This document shows positions 56,327 through 64,000 of a stretch of 64,000 bases of DNA, one piece after another. The notes beneath the pieces are model-generated. The model made no database searches. It had not been told where the DNA came from and was given only the letters and a program-made list of their open reading frames with translations. Origin of the DNA: an uncultured virus (IMG/VR IMGVR_UViG_3300017931_000006) (lineage: Duplodnaviria > Heunggongvirae > Uroviricota > Caudoviricetes > Crassvirales); the IMG/VR virus record IMGVR_UViG_3300017931_000006. One strand, given 5' to 3'. The first letter of the stretch is position 1, and each line of letters starts with the position of its first letter. A program made the translations under genes and the position numbers.

Positions 56327-56510
56327 TTTTGTAACGAACAAACGAGATGAAGAATACACTTTGGTTTATACTCTTACTCTTCTTCTTTCAGGAAAACTGG
56401 GAAGACAGGTGCAAGCACAAAACAAGGTACGACATCATGTTAGGAGTCCTTGTGTTGCTACTACTAGGATTAATTCTATTTATTTCTTACGCGTTTATAA
56501 AATACGTATT

Positions 56511-57386
56511 ATGAGAGACACTTTCACTAAAAAATGGATAATAGAACACGCCATAGTCATTGTTGAACGCTATGAAAAAGGCGTACTAACATTGAGATCA
56601 CTTCATTACCAGCTTTTCAGCGAAGGCATGACTAATGACTTACAACACTATAAACGTGTACTCACGGCCATGATCTACGCCAGATGGGAGGGATTAATAG
56701 ACTTTGATCAATTCTCTGACCTTGATCGCGTAATGGTAGGAGAGACTGCATGGAAGGAGACCGTTGTTGAAGACGAGATCTACACCGCCCAACGCCAAGT
56801 AAGAGCATGGATGACTAACTATCATAAAAACAAATGGGAAAACCAGCCTTGGTACCCGGAAGTATTCATTGAGAAAAAAGCCCTTCAGGGTGTATTTCAA
56901 GATGTTTGCGAAGAGTGGAATATCGCACTGGGGGCCTGTAAGGGATACCCGTCCCTCACCTTCTTAAACGAAGCCTTCTTGCGGGTTCAGGAAGCCGAAA
57001 GAAGCGGCAAACAACCCATCATACTTTATTTTGGGGACTATGACCCCTATGGCGAAGATATACCTAGAAGTATACAAGAGAATATCGCAAGATTCGGAGT
57101 TGACATAGAGGTAAGAAGGATAGCCCTCATGGAAGACCAAGTTATCGAATGGAAGCTTCCACCAGCCCCAGCAAAGGTAGGAGACAGTAGGACTGCGAAC
57201 TGGGATGGATTAGGACAAGTGGAACTCGACGCAGTGCGCCCAGAAAAATTAATGGATCTACTCAAAGAGGCTATTTCTTCAATATTTGACAACGAACTCT
57301 ATGAAGAGCTCATGGAAAAAGAAGAAGAAGAGAGAACTCAATACCAGAAAGAACTGAAACAATTTGTAATCGACATTAAAGATTAA
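56511..57386 (+). CDS. Winged-helix + Toprim protein (Topo VI-A / JetD-like)
   Basis: TLRSLHYQL, EVFIEKKAL, KGYPS, ILYFGDYDPYGEDI, VELDA; likely start ATG 56511. Confidence 0.75.
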   Translation: MRDTFTKKWIIEHAIVIVERYEKGVLTLRSLHYQLFSEGMTNDLQHYKRVLTAMIYARWEGLIDFDQFSDLDRVMVGETAWKETVVEDEIYTAQRQVRAWMTNYHKNKWENQPWYPEVFIEKKALQGVFQDVCEEWNIALGACKGYPSLTFLNEAFLRVQEAERSGKQPIILYFGDYDPYGEDIPRSIQENIARFGVDIEVRRIALMEDQVIEWKLPPAPAKVGDSRTANWDGLGQVELDAVRPEKLMDLLKEAISSIFDNELYEELMEKEEEERTQYQKELKQFVIDIKD

Positions 57387-57390
57387 TCTT

Positions 57391-59343
57391 ATGAAAATAG
57401 TTTTAAAATCATTAACACTAACCAACTTCAAAGGAATCCGCTCGTTGGTTATTCCTTTCAATGATGAAGTCACGGAAATCGCAGGCGAAAACGAAATAGG
57501 CAAGACGACCATCATGGACGCCTTTCTGTGGCTGCTGTTCGGGAAAGACAGCAATGACAGCACCACCTTCAATATCAAGACGCTGGATAAAAACAACGAG
57601 GCTATTCCTAGGCTTCCTCACGAAGTAACAGGAGAGCTGGAGACCGACGGCTTCCCTATAAAATTGAGGCGCCTCTATGAAGAGAAATGGACTCGTAAAC
57701 GTGGATCAGAAGATCAGGTATTTGATGGCCACGAAACCAGCTATTTCATTGACGACGTGCCTGTTAAGCAGAATGAGTACAAGGCCCGGATCAGCTCGAT
57801 TGTGGACGAGGGACTATTCAAACTCCTAACCAACTGCCTGTACTTCAATCAGATGGACTGGACCAAACGCAGAGAGATCCTTATTAAAATTGCAGGTAAT
57901 CCATCGGATGAGGTTATCACAGAATCATCTCAAACGCTGGGAGACAAATTCAAGAAGCTTCTGACAGATTTAAAAGGGTTGACACTTGATCAGTACAAAC
58001 AGAAGATCTCAGCCCAGAAGAAGAAGATCGTCGAGCAATTACAATCCATCCCTGCACGTATTGACGAGGTATTGAGGAGTATACCTGAGCCAGAGGATTA
58101 CGAATTCATTGAGCGGAAAATCGAAGAGGGTAAAATAAAGATCTTAGCCTTCGATAAACTCATCAACGACAAGGCAGAAGCTCACAAAGAAGAGCTCAAG
58201 GAGATCCAGAATAAGCAGGATAAAGTACATGAGCTCACAACCTTACTCAAAGTCCGGGAATTCGAGGTCAAGCAGGAGGCCAGTAAAGGACTCAATGATT
58301 ACAAGGGGAAGCGCAATGCACTCCATCAAGAGCAGAGCAACCTGATCACCGAGAAGAATAACCTGAGCCGTCCTATCACCATCGCAGAGACTCATATTAT
58401 TGATCTCAGGGGAAAACTTGAAGGCCTTCGCGAAGAGTGGACCAAGGAGAACGCCAAAGAATTCCATCTTGATCCATTAGATGCCATTTGCCCGGTTTGC
58501 AAACGTAGATTCGACAATGCAGACCAGAAAGATATCGAGCTTCGCGAAGACTTCAACACCAACAAAGCAAACAAACTCAAGAAGATCAACGAAAACGGGG
58601 TCCAGTACAAAGAAGATCTGGAGAAGGCACAAAACGAAGTCACCGAGCTCACAAAGAAACGCTCAGATCTGGATATCAATATCGAAGAGTACAATAAGAA
58701 AATACAAGAGGCGTCTTTGAACCGGCCAGCAGAAATATCTATTGAGACCCTTGTTGTAGCAGATACAAAATGGAGTGACCTACATCGCCAGATAGAATTG
58801 ATAGAAGAAGAGATCCGGGAAAAGCCAGCCCTTGATCTAGGAAAACTGGAAAAGGATAAGCAAGATGCCAACACCGCGCTAGACGGACTAAAGGCCAAGC
58901 TGGCAGTGAAAGAAACCATTGCCAAGCAGGAAGCCCGGAAGGAAGAGTTGCTGGCAGAAGAGCGCAAGATGGCCGCAGAACTCAGTCTTTTGGAAGGCGA
59001 GGAATTCGTCATCCAGCAGTTCGAGAACACTAAGATCAACATGGTAGAGATCGCTGTTAACTCAATGTTTGCGCTGGCTAGATTCAGACTATTCAAGCGC
59101 CAGATCAACGGAGGTATTGAACCTTGCTGCGATACACTGGTGAATGGAGTACCTTATCCGGATGTAAACAACGCAGGAAAGATTCAGGTAGGGCTTGACA
59201 TCATTAAATCCATGTCAGCTTTCCATGAAGTTTGGGCTCCGGTATGGGTTGACAATTCTGAGGCAGTTAACATCCTGCCAAAGATGGATTCTCAGTTAAT
59301 AGCACTTTATGTAACAACAGATAAACAATTAATAATCAGGTAA
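57391..59343 (+). CDS. SbcC/Rad50/SMC-like ABC ATPase
   Basis: LTNFKG, GENEIGKTT Walker A, coiled coil with CPVC hook, VWVDNSE Walker B. Confidence 0.85.
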   Translation: MKIVLKSLTLTNFKGIRSLVIPFNDEVTEIAGENEIGKTTIMDAFLWLLFGKDSNDSTTFNIKTLDKNNEAIPRLPHEVTGELETDGFPIKLRRLYEEKWTRKRGSEDQVFDGHETSYFIDDVPVKQNEYKARISSIVDEGLFKLLTNCLYFNQMDWTKRREILIKIAGNPSDEVITESSQTLGDKFKKLLTDLKGLTLDQYKQKISAQKKKIVEQLQSIPARIDEVLRSIPEPEDYEFIERKIEEGKIKILAFDKLINDKAEAHKEELKEIQNKQDKVHELTTLLKVREFEVKQEASKGLNDYKGKRNALHQEQSNLITEKNNLSRPITIAETHIIDLRGKLEGLREEWTKENAKEFHLDPLDAICPVCKRRFDNADQKDIELREDFNTNKANKLKKINENGVQYKEDLEKAQNEVTELTKKRSDLDINIEEYNKKIQEASLNRPAEISIETLVVADTKWSDLHRQIELIEEEIREKPALDLGKLEKDKQDANTALDGLKAKLAVKETIAKQEARKEELLAEERKMAAELSLLEGEEFVIQQFENTKINMVEIAVNSMFALARFRLFKRQINGGIEPCCDTLVNGVPYPDVNNAGKIQVGLDIIKSMSAFHEVWAPVWVDNSEAVNILPKMDSQLIALYVTTDKQLIIR

Positions 59344-59344
59344 A

Positions 59345-59644
59345 ATGAAAAAAGAAAACTTTGATCGCGCTAAAGAGATAGAAAAAGAGATAGACTCCAT
59401 ACTATCTCACGACAATGGCAGTTTTTTTAACGAAGAACAGCCATCAGTAACACCCGGATACTCTTGTCTCTGTCTACGGATAGGATCTAAGAGCTCAGTT
59501 TACGATAAGTTCATTCGTGTTAACTCTCTTCCTAAATCTATAAGGGAAACCGTCGAAGATGAGTTACTTATGTGCTATGACCGTATCCACACAAGGGTCC
59601 GGAAACACATCAAAAAACTGGAAAAAGAATTTGAACAACTTTAA
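59345..59644 (+). CDS. Hypothetical protein
   Basis: In operon. Confidence 0.55.
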   Translation: MKKENFDRAKEIEKEIDSILSHDNGSFFNEEQPSVTPGYSCLCLRIGSKSSVYDKFIRVNSLPKSIRETVEDELLMCYDRIHTRVRKHIKKLEKEFEQL

Positions 59645-59655
59645 TAAATAATCCA

Positions 59656-60756
59656 ATGGCAAAACCAGAAGAAAAGAAAGCAGAAGTGGCTAAGATTGCC
59701 ACACAAGCTGTACAGCAGCAAAAGACCCCCGGGGAACGATTCAGTGAAATGGTAATCCGGGAATTCGCTGGCACAGGAGGCAAGATTGCAGTCACGGCTA
59801 TGCAACAAAGACTAATGAATAACTATTTCATCTCTCTGGATCAGGTACTCCAGCTAGCTGAAGAAAAGCGCATCAAGAAGAATGAAAGAAACAGTCCTCC
59901 TATCACATGGCCTAATATAAACATGCCACAGCTAGCCCAGCATGTTGTAGCATGTGCACGAATAGGACTTGACCCCATGCTACCAAACCAGCTCCACATG
60001 ATCCCCTACAAGAACAACACCACAGGGAAGTATGATATCAACTTCAGGGAAGGATACCGGGGCCGGGAGATCAAAGCCAAGAAATACGGATTAGAGGTCC
60101 CGGATGAGATCGTAATAGAGCTTGTCTATGCAAATGACGAGTTCAAGATGATCAAGAAGGATAAAGACAATTCTGTAGAGACCTACTCATTTAAAGTAGC
60201 AGATAGTTTTGGCCGGGGAGATGTTGTAGGAGGGTTCTGGTATCACAAATTCCTTAAAGAGCCATCCAAAAATAGGATCATGGTCTACACCAAAGAAAAA
60301 CTCCTGAAGTATAAGCCCGATAATGCCAGTGTTGAATTCTGGGGAGGAGAAAAGGACAACTGGGTTTATAACGAAGAAAAGCAAAAGAACGAGAAGAAAG
60401 GTAAGGTTCAGGTTGAAGGCTGGGAAGAAGAGATGTTATACAAAACCCTGTGCCACCGGGCTTATGCTGCCATCACCATCGACAGCCAGAAGATCGACGA
60501 CGACTTTATTAAGTTATCCATCATGGAAAATAAAGCCAATGAGACCCTTGAGGACAAGGTGGAAACCGACATCAATCAGAACGCGAACAAAGAGACCATT
60601 GACATCCCCGGGACCGTCATTGAAAGCAAGCCAGAAGAAAGGCCCGCAGAAAAGAAAGGAGAAGAAAAAACCATCCACCTTTCAGGAGATGGACCAACAG
60701 GCCCCCTTCTATCCCCACAAAAACCGGAACAAGGTAAATTAGGCCCTGACTTCTGA
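59656..60756 (+). CDS. recT: RecT-family single-strand annealing protein
   Basis: IGLDP, IPYKN, GYRG, ELVY.ND.F, EMLYKT; ATPase-RecT-MBL cassette. Confidence 0.8.
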   Translation: MAKPEEKKAEVAKIATQAVQQQKTPGERFSEMVIREFAGTGGKIAVTAMQQRLMNNYFISLDQVLQLAEEKRIKKNERNSPPITWPNINMPQLAQHVVACARIGLDPMLPNQLHMIPYKNNTTGKYDINFREGYRGREIKAKKYGLEVPDEIVIELVYANDEFKMIKKDKDNSVETYSFKVADSFGRGDVVGGFWYHKFLKEPSKNRIMVYTKEKLLKYKPDNASVEFWGGEKDNWVYNEEKQKNEKKGKVQVEGWEEEMLYKTLCHRAYAAITIDSQKIDDDFIKLSIMENKANETLEDKVETDINQNANKETIDIPGTVIESKPEERPAEKKGEEKTIHLSGDGPTGPLLSPQKPEQGKLGPDF

Positions 60757-61490
60757 TGAAACTCCATATCATAGGCTCAAGCAGCCACGGCAACGCATAC
60801 ATACTCGAGGGGGAGAAAGAAACCCTCCTCCTTGAGTGTGGCGTTCACTTTCAGGACATCAAAAAGGCCCTTAATTTCAATCTTCACAACGTAGTGGGCT
60901 GTCTGGTATCACATTCTCATAAAGATCACTGCAAGGGCGTAAAAGGAGCCACAGGAGCAGGGATAGATGTCTACTGTAGCAAACCTACTCTGGAAGAGAT
61001 GGGGGTCTACAGCTATCACATTTTCCCAGTAGAAACCTATAAGCAATTTAAGGTAGGGTCTTTTGGGGTATTTCCATTCCCTCTTGTTCACGACGTATTT
61101 ATTTTAGGATTCATAATTGATCACCCGGAGTCAGGAAGGATCTTGTTCTTCACAGATACAGAATATCTACCTTTTAAATTCACGGAAGTAAACCAGATCC
61201 TAGCAGAGTGTAATTACGACATGAATATTGTAGATGCTAACATCGAAAACGGAGCTCCTATCCAAGTCAGAAACAGGGTTATTCAGTCTCACATGGGTAT
61301 AGACACACTGGTAACAATGCTGAAGGACAACGACCTCACTAAAGTAAACAATATCATCCTCCTTCACCTCAGTGATGGAAATTCTAATGAGCGTGACTTT
61401 GTTCGCCGGGTCCAAGAAGCAGCCCCCGGGAAGACAGTCATGGCTGCAAACAAAAACATGAGTATTGATTTAAACTTAACACCATTTTGA
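60756..61490 (+). CDS. Metallo-beta-lactamase-fold hydrolase
   Basis: GSSSHGN, SHSHKDH, HD, TDT, ECNY, HLS. Confidence 0.88.
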   Translation: MKLHIIGSSSHGNAYILEGEKETLLLECGVHFQDIKKALNFNLHNVVGCLVSHSHKDHCKGVKGATGAGIDVYCSKPTLEEMGVYSYHIFPVETYKQFKVGSFGVFPFPLVHDVFILGFIIDHPESGRILFFTDTEYLPFKFTEVNQILAECNYDMNIVDANIENGAPIQVRNRVIQSHMGIDTLVTMLKDNDLTKVNNIILLHLSDGNSNERDFVRRVQEAAPGKTVMAANKNMSIDLNLTPF

Positions 61491-61491
61491 G

Positions 61492-61851
61492 ATGAAAAAT
61501 CCTGAGCTGAAAAACCTTCACCTTACACTCAAGAAAAAATGGTTTGATATGATCGCCTCTGGAATAAAGAAAGAGGAATACCGGGAAATAAAGCCATATT
61601 GGAATAGAAGGTTAGGTAGGCATGGGACTGATTTTGTATATGGGGTGGTGATATTTAAGAACGGTTACTCAAGGACCGCACCAACTATGGCCTTTGTAAT
61701 TAATAGGATTACTACAGGGCTGCCCCGTATTGTATGGACAGATCAGCCACTTAAAGAATGTTATATCATTGAATTAGGATACCAAATAAACCTTAATTAT
61801 GGAAACAGCCGAGAAGAAAAAGAAAAAAGAACCGACCCCGGAACAGCTTGA
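61492..61851 (+). CDS. ASCH-domain protein
   Basis: LTLKKKWFDMIASGIKKEEYRE..YW..RL; F.NGY. Confidence 0.85.
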   Translation: MKNPELKNLHLTLKKKWFDMIASGIKKEEYREIKPYWNRRLGRHGTDFVYGVVIFKNGYSRTAPTMAFVINRITTGLPRIVWTDQPLKECYIIELGYQINLNYGNSREEKEKRTDPGTA

Positions 61852-62140
61852 AGAAAGAAAACGCAAGGAGTTATTCAGAGGCTTTAAGACCCGGGTGAAG
61901 AACAAACTCCATGACGCCAATGTAGGCGGTCTTCGTATCGTAGAACTTGAATACGAGCACGTTAAACGCACTCCTACTATCAGATTCAGGACCAAAATTA
62001 CTCACGATGCTGCCTGTGAAGCATACAAGGAAGCCATCGCTGATTACAAGGCTTTTCCAGGGAACGGAGGTTGCCCACCTAAGAAAAAAAAGCCCAAGAA
62101 GACCGGAATCACTGTAAAAGAACCAGTTAGCCAAACTTAG
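61799..62140 (+). CDS. Hypothetical basic protein
   Basis: ORF in operon. Confidence 0.45.
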   Translation: METAEKKKKKEPTPEQLEERKRKELFRGFKTRVKNKLHDANVGGLRIVELEYEHVKRTPTIRFRTKITHDAACEAYKEAIADYKAFPGNGGCPPKKKKPKKTGITVKEPVSQT

Positions 62141-62166
62141 ACTAATTCCAAATTTCTATTAACCTA

Positions 62167-62196
62167 TTGACTTTTGAATTTTATTGATTACTTTTG
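62167..62196 (+). promoter_or_regulatory. Sigma-A promoter of the replication genes
   Basis: TTGAC-N17-TACTTTTG. Confidence 0.7.
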
Positions 62197-62198
62197 TA

Positions 62199-62319
62199 AG
62201 GCAGATTTGAGAAAAACGAATGTAGCAACAGCCAAATAAAACAAAAAACCAGCCCCGGACGGATTTCCTCTTTGCATCCTGCAATCTCGAATCTGCCTCC
62301 CCGTCCGGGATTACTGGTT
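62199..62319 (+). promoter_or_regulatory. Structured 5' leader, predicted pseudoknot
   Basis: 62199-62212 pairs with 62285-62298; 62247-62262 pairs with 62301-62319; the stems cross. Confidence 0.55.
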
Positions 62320-62326
62320 CATCGAT

Positions 62327-63109
62327 ATGAGTTATAGATACACTAACACGGATAAATGGAATGACGGATGGTTCAGTAATCTGAAACCATTAGAAAAACT
62401 CCTATTTAACTACCTTTGTGATGAATGTGATATTGCTGGATTTATTGAGGTTATAACTAAAAATTGGGCCATTGAAATAGGCACAACCGAAAGCGCCATT
62501 AAAGAGGCTTTGAAGGGGCTTCAGAGGGCCTTTATTTATTCACCAGAAGGCGACACAATATTCATTAGAAATTTTTTAAAACACCAAAAGAACCTTCCTT
62601 TAAAAGAAAACAACCCGGCACATAAAGGAATTTTGAAGAGATTTGAATTATATAGATATAAGTTTGACATTCAAGATGTTGACCTGTTTATTGAAAGGGG
62701 CTTAGAAGGGGCTTCTAAGGGGCTTGAAAGGGGCGTAGGTAATGGTAATGGTAATGGTAATATAAAAGCTATTAGTTGGAAGACAGATTATAACCTGTAT
62801 CTAGAAGAGTGTAAAAGAGGATTTAAAGAAGCTTATGAGGATAAAGAATTTATGTCTAAGCTTCAAGAATTTCATATCAACCTTGATATAAGAAAATCAA
62901 TGGAGAAGGCATTTCTTTCATTCTGGGGAACCAAAACAGGATGGAAGAATAAGAAGTCCTCCAGATCTAATGAGGTAGATTGGAGGGCGACCATAATGAA
63001 CACAATAAGTAAAAACCCAGTATATAAAACAAATGGAAGACAACAACCAACAATTAACGACGACGAAAGATTTATCAAAGGTCGAAGACAAGAACCTTCA
63101 GTTATTTAA
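62327..63109 (+). CDS. Replication initiator / replisome organiser
   Basis: RYTNTDKWNDGWF..L....KLLF.YL N-terminus; internal repeats; DWRATI C-terminal motif. Confidence 0.75.
   Translation: MSYRYTNTDKWNDGWFSNLKPLEKLLFNYLCDECDIAGFIEVITKNWAIEIGTTESAIKEALKGLQRAFIYSPEGDTIFIRNFLKHQKNLPLKENNPAHKGILKRFELYRYKFDIQDVDLFIERGLEGASKGLERGVGNGNGNGNIKAISWKTDYNLYLEECKRGFKEAYEDKEFMSKLQEFHINLDIRKSMEKAFLSFWGTKTGWKNKKSSRSNEVDWRATIMNTISKNPVYKTNGRQQPTINDDERFIKGRRQEPSVI
62695..62761 (+). repeat. Iteron-like repeats, candidate origin
   Basis: AAGGGGC(T/G)T x4 at 11-bp period then GGTAAT x4; similar copies at 62502-62521. Confidence 0.7.
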
Positions 63110-63812
63110 TACTGCAAGAGAGTCTTCTACGATAAAATCTGTAGATGACACTGCTATACGTGCAATGTTACTCTATGTGATGAAGATGGTTGGAGTTATT
63201 AATCTACCCACTGAAACGGAAGAAGTTGTCTTATTAGACTATATCCATGGCTCTTTGGCTGATCACACCCTAGATGAATTCAAGCTTGCCTTCAAACTAT
63301 ACTGTGATGGAAGACTTGATACAGACCGGGAACATTTTCAAAAACTATCAGGTTTATATATTGGCCGGATCATGGAGAGTTACCGGAGATGGAGGTATTC
63401 TTATGTGAAGTTAATTGTAGATCAAGCAGACCAGCCTCATACACCTACCTCGGAAGACGACGAAAAAATAAAACAGGGATGTTTACGAGCTTTCAAGGTG
63501 TATAAAGAAACCCAATACTTTCAAGACTTTGGAAATGTGTATTTTAGATTCCTAGAGAGGAAAGAAATCTTAACCCTGAGTAATGAGAGAAAGCATGAGA
63601 TCTTTTTAAGGGCTGAGGAAATCTATAAAGCCTTGCAGGTCCAGCTCCTGGATTCAATAAGGGAGATTGTTGATAATATCAGGACAGCTTCTTCTTCAGA
63701 CAAAGACCGGGCTAAGGTACAGGGAATAGCCCGGGAGATAGCCTTAAAAGAATACTTTGATTTTTTGATTGAAAATGAGATTCCAATAGAAACTTTATTT
63801 GAAAAACAATGA
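63033..63812 (+). CDS. Initiator-partner protein (candidate helicase loader)
   Basis: Overlaps and follows the initiator, lambda O-P-like arrangement. Confidence 0.5.
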   Translation: MEDNNQQLTTTKDLSKVEDKNLQLFNTARESSTIKSVDDTAIRAMLLYVMKMVGVINLPTETEEVVLLDYIHGSLADHTLDEFKLAFKLYCDGRLDTDREHFQKLSGLYIGRIMESYRRWRYSYVKLIVDQADQPHTPTSEDDEKIKQGCLRAFKVYKETQYFQDFGNVYFRFLERKEILTLSNERKHEIFLRAEEIYKALQVQLLDSIREIVDNIRTASSSDKDRAKVQGIAREIALKEYFDFLIENEIPIETLFEKQ

Positions 63813-64000
63813 CATTAATTCTTGGAGTAACAATAACATCGGGGGGTAAGACTATCATTATCCCTATCAACATTGAAGTCGGAGATGTGGATCAATTTGC
63901 CTTCGATTACAGGAGGATCCTAATCCCTAAATACGGAAGATTAGCTACCTATAGTTTTACATACGGAAAGAAATGACCGACAAGGATTTTGACAAAAGGC

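Noticed and set aside
56229..56510. N-terminal extension of the 385-aa Toprim ORF
   Set aside because: Overlaps the previous gene and reads as non-coding; ATG 56511 is the more credible start.
1..64000. Stop-codon reassignment as in some crAss-like phages
   Set aside because: Long genes are intact and tightly packed under the standard code; the apparent gap at 1-11 kb is an edge-truncated ORF.

Overview
A 64-kb piece of a tailed dsDNA phage of Bacteroidota, host inferred from repeated TTGAC-N17-20-TAnnTTTG promoters and A-rich translation starts. The virion module is crAss-like and on the minus strand: terminase large subunit, portal, scaffold, major capsid protein, four ring/tail-tubular-like genes, a 1351-aa muzzle/tail-stabilisation protein and putative ejected proteins. 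A lysis cassette and signal-peptide-bearing fibre-like genes lie between terminase and portal. The right third is an early and replication region with an SbcC/Rad50-like ATPase, RecT, an MBL hydrolase, an ASCH protein, a Toprim protein and an iteron-containing initiator. The main feature is absent from the supplied ORF track: one open frame from 11012 off the left edge (>3670 aa). Partial hand translation shows a giant polyvalent, probably injected, protein carrying a cobalamin-binding plus radical-SAM domain (CxxxCxxY), an adjacent T3-SAMase-like SAM-lyase domain, an MPTase zincin and an HhH-GPD DNA-glycosylase-like domain. This looks like a virion-delivered SAM-targeting anti-defence effector. 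Also seen: a XerCD dif-like site, a double glycosyltransferase coupled to a TGP-repeat protein, a triple-GroES fusion plus a single GroES, DnaA-box-like motifs at promoters and a predicted pseudoknot before the initiator. All family calls come from motif recognition by eye; no searches were run.
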